NCBI GenBank assembly: GCA_964649665.1 | Contig: CAZYPU010000004.1 | Coordinates: 511-64,510, forward strand | DNA: 64,000 bases | Direction of reading: 5' to 3' | Source of the DNA: an uncultured Planctomycetia bacterium | GTDB taxonomy: Bacteria; Omnitrophota; Gorgyraeia; JABMRN01; RBG-13-46-9 | Shown here: piece by piece, positions 20,675 through 28,833 of the stretch | Position numbering within the stretch: position 1 is the stretch's first letter | Layout of the letters: each line of letters starts with the position of its first letter | Made by a program: the position numbers and the translations under genes | Notes under the pieces: model-generated | What the model saw: the letters and a program-made list of their open reading frames with translations, nothing else | Told to the model about the DNA's origin: nothing | Databases searched by the model: none

Positions 20675-22579
20675 ATGAAGACTGCGCCACCCACTCAGAA
20701 AAAGGGCCAAAAAAATCCGCCGCAGAACGGCAGGAACCTCATACTCCTGCTCCTTCTGATATTCGGAACTACCTATCTTATCCAGTGGGCGTCGGTGACG
20801 TTCGAAAAAGCGCCGCAGGAGATCTCTTACAAAGAATTTTACGACATGCTGCGGGAAAACCGCGCAAAACAAGGCATTGCCTCCGCTTTTAAAACGGACA
20901 GCAGAATAAGCGGAAAATTCGCCGACGGCCAAGGGTATATTGTTAACGTGCCGCAAGAGGATCCCGCGCTTCTTGAGCTTCTGAGAAAAAATGTAAATAC
21001 ATTCGATATCAAACCGCCGCGAACCTTCTTCACAAATCTTTTCTACTCGCTCGGCCCGATGATTCTTTTCATGCTGTTTTTGTGGTTTTTTATTTACCGC
21101 GGTGCGGCTGCGGGAGGCGGCCGGGTTTTTTCGTTCGGGAAATCCCGCGCCAAGCTTGCCACCGAAGAGCACCTGCTCGTTACCTTTGACGACGTCGCCG
21201 GCGTTGACGAGGCGAAAGAAGAACTTAAAGAAGTCATAGAGTTCCTTAAAGATCCGAGGAAATTCCAGCGGCTTGGCGGAAAAATGCCGAAGGGCATACT
21301 TGTCGTGGGGCCGCCGGGCTGCGGGAAAACGCTTTTAGCGAAAGCGGTGGCGGGAGAGGCGAAGGTGCCGTTTTTCAGCATCTCCGGTTCTGATTTTGTG
21401 GAAATGTTTGTCGGCGTAGGAGCGTCGCGAGTCAGGGATTTGTTTGAGCAATCAAGGAAAAGCGTAAAGCTTATGAAAAAAGGGTGTATTATATTTCTTG
21501 ACGAGATTGACGCTGTGGGCAGGCAGAGGTTTGCCGGTATTGGCGGCGGACATGACGAAAGAGAGCAGACGCTCAATGCGCTGCTTGTCGAGATGGACGG
21601 CTTTGATACCCAGGAGGGCGTGATTCTGATAGCGGCCACCAACAGGCCGGACGTGCTGGACCCGGCGCTTCTCCGGCCGGGGCGGTTTGACAGGCATGTC
21701 GTGGTTGACCGTCCCGACATAGTCGGCAGGGAAGCAATATTGAAAGTGCACGTGCGCAAAGTAAAAATGGCGAAAAATTCGGATCTGAAGAGAATCGCAA
21801 GCCAGACGCCGGGTTTTTCCGGCGCTGACCTGGCAAACCTTGTAAACGAAGCGGCGCTTCTCGCTGCGCGTAGAAACAAGGACGTGGTAGAGCAGGTGGA
21901 TTTGGAAGAATCTATCGAACGTGTTATGGCGGGCCCGCAGAGAAAGTCCCGCGTTATAACGAAAGAAGAAAAATCCATCATTGCCTGTCACGAGTCGGGC
22001 CATGCGCTGCTCTCGCTTGTCACGCCCGGAGTAAGCCCGATGCATAAGGTAACGATTATTTCCAGAGGCATGGCTTTGGGCTATACCATGATTCCGGACC
22101 AGGACAAACATATACACACCAAAGAGCAGCTAATGGCGCAAATGGTTGTTTCGCTCGGCGGAAGAGCCGCCGAAGAGATAACGTTTAAACACATCTCCAC
22201 CGGCGCTCAGGATGATATCGCCAAGGTGTCTGACCGTGCGCGCCACATGGTCACGCAATTTGGCATGAGTGAAAAACTGGGCCATTTAACTTACGGCAAA
22301 AGGCACAACAATATTTTTCTCGGAAGGGATATTCACGAAGAGAAAAATTACAGTGACGAGACGGCAATGATTATAGACCGGGAGGTAAAGTGCATCGTCG
22401 ATGACTGCTACGCGACGGCAAAGAAGCAGCTTCTCGAGCACAGGGACAGGCTGAAGCTTCTTGCCGATGCATTGCTGGAAAAAGAAGTCATGGATGACAA
22501 GGAAGTGCGCAAACTCCTTGGACTGAAAGAGGAAAAAGAAGGTGGCAGTAGCAATAAAACCGTCAGCGAGAACGCTTGA
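20675..22579 (+). CDS. ftsH: ATP-dependent zinc metalloprotease FtsH
   Basis: Walker [15 protein letters not shown] region, HESGHA zinc motif. Confidence 0.95.
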   Translation: MKTAPPTQKKGQKNPPQNGRNLILLLLLIFGTTYLIQWASVTFEKAPQEISYKEFYDMLRENRAKQGIASAFKTDSRISGKFADGQGYIVNVPQEDPALLELLRKNVNTFDIKPPRTFFTNLFYSLGPMILFMLFLWFFIYRGAAAGGGRVFSFGKSRAKLATEEHLLVTFDDVAGVDEAKEELKEVIEFLKDPRKFQRLGGKMPKGILVVGPPGCGKTLLAKAVAGEAKVPFFSISGSDFVEMFVGVGASRVRDLFEQSRKSVKLMKKGCIIFLDEIDAVGRQRFAGIGGGHDEREQTLNALLVEMDGFDTQEGVILIAATNRPDVLDPALLRPGRFDRHVVVDRPDIVGREAILKVHVRKVKMAKNSDLKRIASQTPGFSGADLANLVNEAALLAARRNKDVVEQVDLEESIERVMAGPQRKSRVITKEEKSIIACHESGHALLSLVTPGVSPMHKVTIISRGMALGYTMIPDQDKHIHTKEQLMAQMVVSLGGRAAEEITFKHISTGAQDDIAKVSDRARHMVTQFGMSEKLGHLTYGKRHNNIFLGRDIHEEKNYSDETAMIIDREVKCIVDDCYATAKKQLLEHRDRLKLLADALLEKEVMDDKEVRKLLGLKEEKEGGSSNKTVSENA

Positions 22580-23420
22580 ACTTAGCTCCGGCAGATTTTC
22601 GCTTGAGTTAGGCAAGAGGACGCATGTCATGGGCGTTTTGAACAGAACGCCCGATTCGTTTTCAGACGGAGGAAAATTCATGGATGAGAAAGCCGCTATT
22701 TTGCGGATTAGGGAAATGGCCCGTGACGGCGCCGACATAATAGATATAGGCGGCGAATCCACCCGGCCCGGTTCCGAAGGAATCAGCGTATCCGAAGAAC
22801 TGGAGCGGACCATACCTTTGATAGAAAAGATGTCGGGCGAGTTCGAAGTCCCCATATCTATCGACACCTTGGAACATGAAGTTGCCCGCCGGGCTATACG
22901 GATGGGCGCCGCGATCGTGAACGACATTTCAGGCCTTAAGGCCGATCCGGAAATGGCCGGGGTAATTGCCGAATCGGGAGCGGCTGTCTGCGTTATGCAT
23001 ATGAAAGGCACCCCGAAGGATATGCAGGACAGTCCCGTATACGCCGAGATCATGGATGAAATCATGGATGGCTTAAGGGAATCGATAGACATAGCGGAGA
23101 AAGCCGGCATCCCCCCTGATAAAATCATTATTGATCCGGGCATAGGTTTCGGCAAGACCGTTTTGCACAATCTGACCATAATAAACCGGCTCGGGGAGCT
23201 TAAGGCGCTTGGCAAGCCGATACTCGTCGGTACCTCCAGAAAATCTTTTATAGGCAAGGTCCTGGACAAAGCTGTCGGGGACAGGATAATGGGCACGGCC
23301 GCTACATCAGCACTCGCTATAAAAGGAGGCGCGGACATCATAAGGGTCCACGATGTCAGGGAGATGGTTCTGGTGGCGAGGATGTCCGATGCCGTTAAGA
23401 CGGCGAAGGCGGAAAAATAG
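22542..23420 (+). CDS. folP: dihydropteroate synthase
   Basis: MGVLNRTPDSFSDGG and DIGGESTRPG motifs. Start uncertain (overlaps the ftsH end by 38 nt). Confidence 0.88.
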   Translation: MAVAIKPSARTLELSSGRFSLELGKRTHVMGVLNRTPDSFSDGGKFMDEKAAILRIREMARDGADIIDIGGESTRPGSEGISVSEELERTIPLIEKMSGEFEVPISIDTLEHEVARRAIRMGAAIVNDISGLKADPEMAGVIAESGAAVCVMHMKGTPKDMQDSPVYAEIMDEIMDGLRESIDIAEKAGIPPDKIIIDPGIGFGKTVLHNLTIINRLGELKALGKPILVGTSRKSFIGKVLDKAVGDRIMGTAATSALAIKGGADIIRVHDVREMVLVARMSDAVKTAKAEK

Positions 23421-23422
23421 CC

Positions 23423-24232
23423 ATGGCTTTTAACTACGTCGAACTTTGCAAATTCCTTATAGAGCTGGCGATACTGTGGTTTGTTTTCTACATGCTTCTT
23501 TTGTTCATAAAAGGCACGCGCGCCGTGCAGGTTCTGAAAGGCATCATCATAATCGTCATCATATTCCTCATCACCAAGGAGATGCGTCTGGAGACGATCA
23601 ACTGGATACTTACGAAACTTTTTACCATTTCCGTTATAGCGTTCCTTATTATATTTCAGCCGGAACTGAGGCGCGGCCTGGCGAGGATAGGGCAGTTCGG
23701 CATGTTTTCCCGTCAACAGCAGACGCTTGACGAAATAGTCAAGGCGGCGCTTATTCTCTCAAAGAAAAAGATAGGCGCCCTCATCGCCATAGAGCGCGAG
23801 ATAGGCCTGAAGCCCTATATCGAAAGCGGGATAAGGACGGATAGCCACGTTTCAAGCGAGCTTTTAAACACGATATTTACGCCGAATACGCCTCTGCACG
23901 ACGGCGGGGCAATAGTGCAGGGTTCCATTATCGTGGCTGCGGGATGCCTTTTCCCGCTTACCCAGAACCCGCATATCGCCAGCACGCTCGGCACAAGGCA
24001 CAGGGCGGCGATAGGCTTGAGCGAGGAGACCGACGCCGTTGTGGCCATCATAAGCGAAGAAACTGGAGATATGTCGATTTCCGTAAACGGCCGGCTTACG
24101 CGGCACCTTGACGAGAAGGAATTCGGGCGGGTGTTAACGAATATTTTTAGGCCGAAGAAATCCAGGAAATCGATATTTGACTTCTGGAATAAGATTATTT
24201 CCAGAATGGTAGGTGGAAACGCGGCACAATGA
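23423..24232 (+). CDS. cdaA: diadenylate cyclase CdaA (membrane-anchored DAC domain)
   Basis: Three N-terminal TM helices. DGAIV, GTRHRAA and SEETG motifs of the DisA_N/DAC domain. Confidence 0.9.
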   Translation: MAFNYVELCKFLIELAILWFVFYMLLLFIKGTRAVQVLKGIIIIVIIFLITKEMRLETINWILTKLFTISVIAFLIIFQPELRRGLARIGQFGMFSRQQQTLDEIVKAALILSKKKIGALIAIEREIGLKPYIESGIRTDSHVSSELLNTIFTPNTPLHDGGAIVQGSIIVAAGCLFPLTQNPHIASTLGTRHRAAIGLSEETDAVVAIISEETGDMSISVNGRLTRHLDEKEFGRVLTNIFRPKKSRKSIFDFWNKIISRMVGGNAAQ

Positions 24233-24669
24233 AGATAAAAAAGATATTGTTGAACAACATAGGACTGAAGGTGCTGGCGCTGGTTCTGGCTCTTGTAACA
24301 TGGTTCTATATTGGCGAGATAACCGAGGAGGGTACGAACCAGACGATTGTTCAGCGGTTTCGTTCGCCGTCTTATTTTGTTTCGAAAAAGCTTTCCATAC
24401 AGCCGAATTTCGTGGGTGAGGTACCTCCCGGCTACATGCTTATACAGGATGACATCAAGGTTGACCCGGAGTACATGGTGGTTCTCGGGCCGGAGACAAT
24501 ACTGTCGAAAAAAGAATTTATATACACAAAGCCCATTGACTTAAGCGAATATACAAAAACCAAGACGCTGGATGTCGGCCTGGAACGCATTTCGCACGAG
24601 ATAAGGATCCAGAAAACCGACGTAAGCATTTTTATACCCGTTAAAAAAATTACAGAGAAGGGGAAGTAG
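24229..24669 (+). CDS. YbbR-domain protein (CdaR-like), short form
   Basis: N-terminal TM helix followed by a single YbbR-like beta-rich domain. Translationally coupled to cdaA. Confidence 0.5.
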   Translation: MKIKKILLNNIGLKVLALVLALVTWFYIGEITEEGTNQTIVQRFRSPSYFVSKKLSIQPNFVGEVPPGYMLIQDDIKVDPEYMVVLGPETILSKKEFIYTKPIDLSEYTKTKTLDVGLERISHEIRIQKTDVSIFIPVKKITEKGK

Positions 24670-24682
24670 CCGAATCGCCGCC

Positions 24683-25396
24683 ATGCCCAAGTTAGGCGTC
24701 AACATTGACCACGTAGCGACGATAAGAGAGGCAAGGAAGATCGATTACCCCGACCCCGTGGAAGCGGCGCTCCTGTGCCAGTCAGCGGGTGCCGACTCGA
24801 TTGTATGCCACCTGCGGGAAGACCGTCGCCATATCCAGGATAAGGATCTGTATCGGCTGAAGGAAGCGCTCAGCGTGAAACTAAACCTGGAAATGGCCTG
24901 CTCCGACGAGATAATTGAGATAGCGGCCGATGTTAAACCCTGCCAGGTGACTCTCGTGCCGGAAAAAAGAAGGGAGCTCACGACTGAGGGGGGCCTGGAC
25001 GTCCATTCCCTTAAAAGCCGCGTAAAAAAAACGTTGAGGAGAATGGAGAAATCGGATATCGTCGCCAGTCTTTTCATAGACCCCGATGCGCGGCAGATTA
25101 AGGCCGCGCAGCGGGCAGGCGCGCGCATTATAGAGCTGCATACGGGAGAGTACGCGAACGCGAAAAATAAAAAAGCGGCTAAACGCGAATTCGCCGCTTT
25201 AGAAAAGGCCTCGGCTCTGGCGGAAAAGATAGGACTTCTGGTTTTTGCCGGCCACGGCCTGAACTACAAGAACACAAAACCGCTGACAAAAATTACTGAA
25301 ATCGCGGAGTATAACATTGGCCATTCGATTATCGCGCGCGCGGTATTTATAGGCCTTCAGCGGGCAGTGAAGGAAATGAAGGCGCTTTTGAGATGA
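24683..25396 (+). CDS. pdxJ: pyridoxine 5'-phosphate synthase
   Basis: LGVNIDHVATIREAR and HLREDRRHI motifs. Confidence 0.92.
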   Translation: MPKLGVNIDHVATIREARKIDYPDPVEAALLCQSAGADSIVCHLREDRRHIQDKDLYRLKEALSVKLNLEMACSDEIIEIAADVKPCQVTLVPEKRRELTTEGGLDVHSLKSRVKKTLRRMEKSDIVASLFIDPDARQIKAAQRAGARIIELHTGEYANAKNKKAAKREFAALEKASALAEKIGLLVFAGHGLNYKNTKPLTKITEIAEYNIGHSIIARAVFIGLQRAVKEMKALLR

Positions 25397-25782
25397 TAGT
25401 GGCAACCGGCATAGATATAGTGGAGATATCCCGCTTTAGAAAGGCGAAGAAAAAATGGGGAAAGAATTTTCTCGGTAAAATTTTTACCAAAAACGAGATT
25501 GACTATTCCAGAAAGCGCAGATTTCAGGAGCAGCATTTCGCCGCGAGATTCGCGGCGAAGGAAGCGGTGCTCAAGGCCTTCGGAGACAAACTCACCAGCA
25601 TAAATAACTGGCAGGACATAGAAGTACTGAACGATAAAAGCGGGAGGCCCTACGTCCGTTTTCACGGAAGCGCCAAGAGGCTGAAGGCGAAGGAAAAAAT
25701 TAATGACGTGGTCCTGAGCATGTCGCATTGCAAGGCCCACGCGGTCGCGAACGCAATTTTAATACGGGGTAAAAAATGGTAA
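25393..25782 (+). CDS. acpS: holo-[acyl-carrier-protein] synthase
   Basis: GIDIVEISRF and FAAKEAVLKA motifs. Follows pdxJ as in E. coli. Confidence 0.88.
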   Translation: MIVATGIDIVEISRFRKAKKKWGKNFLGKIFTKNEIDYSRKRRFQEQHFAARFAAKEAVLKAFGDKLTSINNWQDIEVLNDKSGRPYVRFHGSAKRLKAKEKINDVVLSMSHCKAHAVANAILIRGKKW

Positions 25783-26633
25783 AAGAGCACCTGTCAACAA
25801 TTCCGTCGAGAAAAGAAGATACGCATAAGGGGGATTTCGGGCATGTCTTTGTGGTGGCCGGCTCGCGCGGCATGACAGGCGCCGCGTACCTGGCTTCACA
25901 GGCGGCGCTCGTTTCCGGAAGCGGCCTCGTAACCTGCGGCATACCCTTGAGCCTTAACGCGGTTATGGAAGCAAAGCTTACGGAGGTTATGACACTATCG
26001 CTCCCTGAGACAAAAGATGCGTCTCTTGCCTCGTCGGGCGAAAAAGAAATAGCGGAGTTTGCTAAAAAAGCCGGCGCCGTGGCCATAGGGCCGGGCCTGT
26101 CCGGTAATGCCGATACGCAGAAACTGGTAAAAAAATTATTAAAAAACATAAATAAACCGATTGTGCTTGACGCTGACGGCATAATGGCCCTTGTCGGCAA
26201 TTGCGACATACTGAAAAAACGAAAAGCGCCGACTATCCTGACGCCGCATCCGGGGGAAATGTCCCGCCTTATCGGTAAGGACATAAGCGCGATCCGGCGT
26301 AACCGGGAAAAGACTGCGCTTGCGTTTGCAAAGAAATACGGCGTGACACTTGTTTTAAAGGGCCGCGGAACCGTTGTGGCGACTTCAAAAGGGGATGTTT
26401 ATATCAATCAAACCGGTAACTCGGGTATGAGTACCGCAGGCGTAGGCGATGTGCTGACAGGCATGATAGCGAGTTTCGTTGGCCAGGGGATCAACCCGTA
26501 TAGCGCGGCTGTGATCGGCGTACATCTTCACGGTTTAGCGGGGGATATCGCGGCGAGGGAAAAGGGCCAGTTCAGCATGATAGCCGGCGACCTTTTGGAG
26601 AAACTGCCGCAGGCGATACAGGAAGTGTTGTAG
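25776..26633 (+). CDS. nnrD: ADP-dependent NAD(P)H-hydrate dehydratase (YjeF C-terminal family)
   Basis: KGDFGHVFVVAGSRGMTGAAYL, LTPHPGE and GSGDVLTG-like (GVGDVLTGMIA) motifs. Confidence 0.85.
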   Translation: MVKEHLSTIPSRKEDTHKGDFGHVFVVAGSRGMTGAAYLASQAALVSGSGLVTCGIPLSLNAVMEAKLTEVMTLSLPETKDASLASSGEKEIAEFAKKAGAVAIGPGLSGNADTQKLVKKLLKNINKPIVLDADGIMALVGNCDILKKRKAPTILTPHPGEMSRLIGKDISAIRRNREKTALAFAKKYGVTLVLKGRGTVVATSKGDVYINQTGNSGMSTAGVGDVLTGMIASFVGQGINPYSAAVIGVHLHGLAGDIAAREKGQFSMIAGDLLEKLPQAIQEVL

Positions 26634-26709
26634 GCTAGCGTAGCTCAGCTGGTAGAGCACCTCACTTGTAATGAGGATGTCGTCAGTTCGACCCTGACCG
26701 CTAGCTCCA
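26634..26709 (+). tRNA. tRNA-Thr (anticodon UGU), CCA encoded
   Basis: GCTAGCGTAGCTCAGCTGGTAGAGCACCTCACTTGTAATGAGGATGTCGTCAGTTCGACCCTGACCGCTAGCTCCA. Starts directly after the nnrD stop codon. Confidence 0.93.
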
Positions 26710-26874
26710 ATTCCGCCTTAGGCGGAATTGATCCTGAAGCAATGAAGAAAATGCGATGAATAAGAGTATTTTCCGTTGCTATCGCAAAAATTAAGGTACT
26801 TCGGAATGGCAGATCCTCCCACAGGTCGGATTTGCGCCATTCATCAGTATCAAGATTTCTCAAAGTGAAATTTT

Positions 26875-26958
26875 GGGGAGATGCCGGAGCAGCTAAACGG
26901 ACCAGACTGTAAATCTGGCGGTCTTTGACCTACGGAGGTGCGAATCCTCCTCTCCCCA
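26875..26958 (+). tRNA. tRNA-Tyr (anticodon GUA), long variable arm
   Basis: GGGGAGATGCCGGAGC...CCAGACTGTAAATCTGG...GGAGGTGCGAATCCTCCTCTCCCCA. Confidence 0.92.
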
Positions 26959-27012
26959 CTCTATAAGGTGCGGCCTCGGAGAAAAAAGTGAGAAAAGATT
27001 TGAGCATGCTCG

Positions 27013-27104
27013 AGGACGAGAGCAGGGAGAAACTCGCGGGCGTAGCCCTTCGCGTGGCTGAGGCCACGCTCAGGACGAGAGCAGGGAGAAACTCGCGGGC
27101 GTAG
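27013..27104 (+). repeat. 33-nt direct repeat (27013-27045 and 27072-27104) that includes the first 10 nt of tRNA-Gly
   Basis: AGGACGAGAGCAGGGAGAAACTCGCGGGCGTAG occurs twice. The copies are separated by the hairpin GCGTGGC-TGAG-GCCACGC. Confidence 0.85.
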
Positions 27105-27165
27105 TTCAATGGTAGAACGGTAGCCTTCCAAGCTACACACGGGGGTTCGATTCCCCCCGCCCGCT
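27095..27165 (+). tRNA. tRNA-Gly (anticodon UCC)
   Basis: GCGGGCGTAGTTCAATGGTAGAACGGTAGCCTTCCAAGCTACACACGGGGGTTCGATTCCCCCCGCCCGCT. Confidence 0.92.
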
Positions 27166-27177
27166 CCGGAATAAATT

Positions 27178-28488
27178 ATGAAAAAAATTAAACTGCAGTA
27201 CAGGGTTACCGTTCTCATAGCGGGGCTGTCCCTCTTATTAATAGTCGTTTTTACCACGATACAGCTTCGCAACCATCTCGAGAGATTGCGCTCCTACAAT
27301 AGGTACCGCGCGCGCGTGGGCACGATCATAGTAAAAACCACTCTTGAGATGATGCTCCGGGCCGTGCCATCCGAAGAGGCGCTCTCCGGTGTATTCGGAG
27401 CCGCGGTAGCGTCGTTTGCCAGAGAGGGTGTGGCCGAGAAGATCTCCATCATGACCCCTGACGGGCAGGCCGTAGCGACAAACGACCCCCTTGTCAAAAA
27501 ATTCGGCGAAACAAAAAAAGACATCGTGGCATACTCGCGGCTCTCAAAAGCCGCCGGTAAAGACGCCTGGTTTTTCTCCGTGATAAATAAGAAAACCCAG
27601 AACATAGATATTTATATACCGCTTAACATAAGCCCGGCCCTCACGTATATCGCCAAACTCTCGTTTTCCATAGGTAATATACGGGAGGCCATGTTCGATA
27701 TACTCGTCCCCGTTACCATAACCTGCGTTTCGATAATAGTCGCCAATATCATCCTGGGATTTATATTGTCGCGCACGGTGGTGCGGCCGATAAATATTCT
27801 GAACATGGCCACCAAAGATATTGCCTCGGGCAATCTCGATTGCAGGGTCGCCATACATACCAACGACGAAATACAGGAGCTGGGGGAGACGTTTAATACC
27901 ATGACTATCGCGCTCAAGAAAATGAAGGACAGGGCCGAGAACGCGAACCCCTTGACCCGCCTTCCCGGCAACAACATGATAAGCGAAGAAGTTGAAAACC
28001 GGATACGAAAAGGCCTCAAGTTCGTGGCCATGCACGCGGACCTGGATAATTTTAAGGCATATAATGACCGCTATGGTATCGCCAGGGGCGACGAGGTCAT
28101 AAAATTCACAAGCGAGGTGCTAAAAAACGCTATAAAAGAAAATGGGAACCGCAGGGACTTCTTAGGTCACGAAGGAGGGGATGACTTTTACGTCATAACG
28201 ACCCCGGATAAGGCCGAGAGCGTCGCGGACAAAATACTCGCTGATTTCGATTCAAAAATAAGGAGCTTTTACACGAAAGATGACCGGGAGGCCGGATGCA
28301 TACACGAAAAAGACAGGAAGGGCGAGATGGTAAAATTCCCATTAATGACGATGTCGCTCGCCGGCATTACAAACCAATTCCGTAAGATCTCCAGCTACGG
28401 AGAGCTTACAAACATCGCCGTAGGGGTTAAGGCGAAAGCGAAAGAGATAAATAAGAGTATCTTTATTCTGGACAGGCGCAAGGCCTGA
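27178..28488 (+). CDS. membrane sensor with HAMP domain and GGDEF-family cyclase domain carrying a GGDDF motif
   Basis: N-terminal TM helix, periplasmic-like segment, second TM helix, then HAMP (RPINILNMATKDIASGNL...). Cyclase domain: LTRLPGNNMI, DLDNFKAYNDRYG, HEGGDDFYV (codons 28174-28188). Confidence 0.75.
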   Translation: MKKIKLQYRVTVLIAGLSLLLIVVFTTIQLRNHLERLRSYNRYRARVGTIIVKTTLEMMLRAVPSEEALSGVFGAAVASFAREGVAEKISIMTPDGQAVATNDPLVKKFGETKKDIVAYSRLSKAAGKDAWFFSVINKKTQNIDIYIPLNISPALTYIAKLSFSIGNIREAMFDILVPVTITCVSIIVANIILGFILSRTVVRPINILNMATKDIASGNLDCRVAIHTNDEIQELGETFNTMTIALKKMKDRAENANPLTRLPGNNMISEEVENRIRKGLKFVAMHADLDNFKAYNDRYGIARGDEVIKFTSEVLKNAIKENGNRRDFLGHEGGDDFYVITTPDKAESVADKILADFDSKIRSFYTKDDREAGCIHEKDRKGEMVKFPLMTMSLAGITNQFRKISSYGELTNIAVGVKAKAKEINKSIFILDRRKA

Positions 28489-28521
28489 ATGTTAAAATAT
28501 CAAAAAGGTAGCATGCCGCTC

Positions 28522-28549
28522 TTGACAATCCCGGCACATAGTATATACT
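28522..28549 (+). promoter_or_regulatory. sigma70-type promoter driving the leader of the secreted repeat protein gene
   Basis: TTGACA (28522-28527), 16 nt spacer, TATACT (28544-28549). Confidence 0.55.
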
Positions 28550-28555
28550 TGTATT

Positions 28556-28783
28556 AGGGGAACGAAAAGGCACACCATCTGAAAGGGTGGGTCCCCTGCT
28601 TCGCTGAATTGCTTACGCGTTCAGCTTCGCAGGGCTCTTTGAAGCCACACGCGAAAGCAATGTGGCGAAGAAGAGGCAAAGCTCAAGAGCCCCGTGCATG
28701 GGGTAGTCAGCTGCCGAGGCTCAGAGAAGCGGACCTGTTCAGACAGACCTATTCATGCAGATGTGTGTGGATAGGTTTTTTTT
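28556..28783 (+). promoter_or_regulatory. ~230-nt structured 5' leader ending in a hairpin plus T8 (riboswitch/attenuator candidate, class unknown)
   Basis: Successive hairpins: GGGGA..TCCCC enclosing a CCATC-TGAAAG-GGTGG hairpin; CTGC-TTC-GCTGAA..TTCAGC-TTC-GCAG; GGCTCTT(T)GA..TCAAGAGCC enclosing GCCACA..TGTGGC; CCCC-GTGCAT-GGGG; ACCTAT..ATAGGT followed by TTTTTTTT (28776-28783). The RBS and start codon follow ~40 nt later. Confidence 0.5.
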
Positions 28784-28833
28784 GCGTGATTATCTAAAGG
28801 TTTTGAAAAGTTTTAAAGTGGAGGATGGCTAAG

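Noticed and set aside
21094-21981. 295-aa and 221-aa minus-strand ORFs inside ftsH
   Set aside because: Shadow frames of a highly conserved gene. The same reasoning applies to the other long antisense ORFs (457-1203, 12901-13572, 13700-14341, 25700-26284, 30336-30992, 32855-33517, 45718-46642, 48277-49008, 62252-62890).
22286-23716. 476-aa ORF on the minus strand
   Set aside because: It is entirely antisense to three strongly recognisable + strand genes (ftsH, folP, cdaA). The translation is low-complexity (S/P/A/I-rich) with no recognisable motif and no RBS. This is a typical shadow ORF.
26645-26863. 72-aa minus-strand ORF in the tRNA spacer
   Set aside because: Its 3' third is the reverse complement of tRNA-Thr(UGU). 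No RBS or motif.
28556-28783. Calling the leader a c-di-GMP-I (GEMM-I) or c-di-AMP (ydaO) riboswitch
   Set aside because: Only the first hairpin resembles GEMM-I. The conserved ACGCAAAGC junction and second-helix features are missing. Resemblance to ydaO motifs (GGGGAAC, GTCAGCT..CCGAGG) is too patchy to assert by eye. It is kept as an unknown-class candidate.
28609-28797. 62-aa ORF (TTG start) inside the structured leader
   Set aside because: No RBS. It runs through the hairpins and the T8 terminator, and the sequence is Arg-rich and unconvincing. RNA structure explains the region better.
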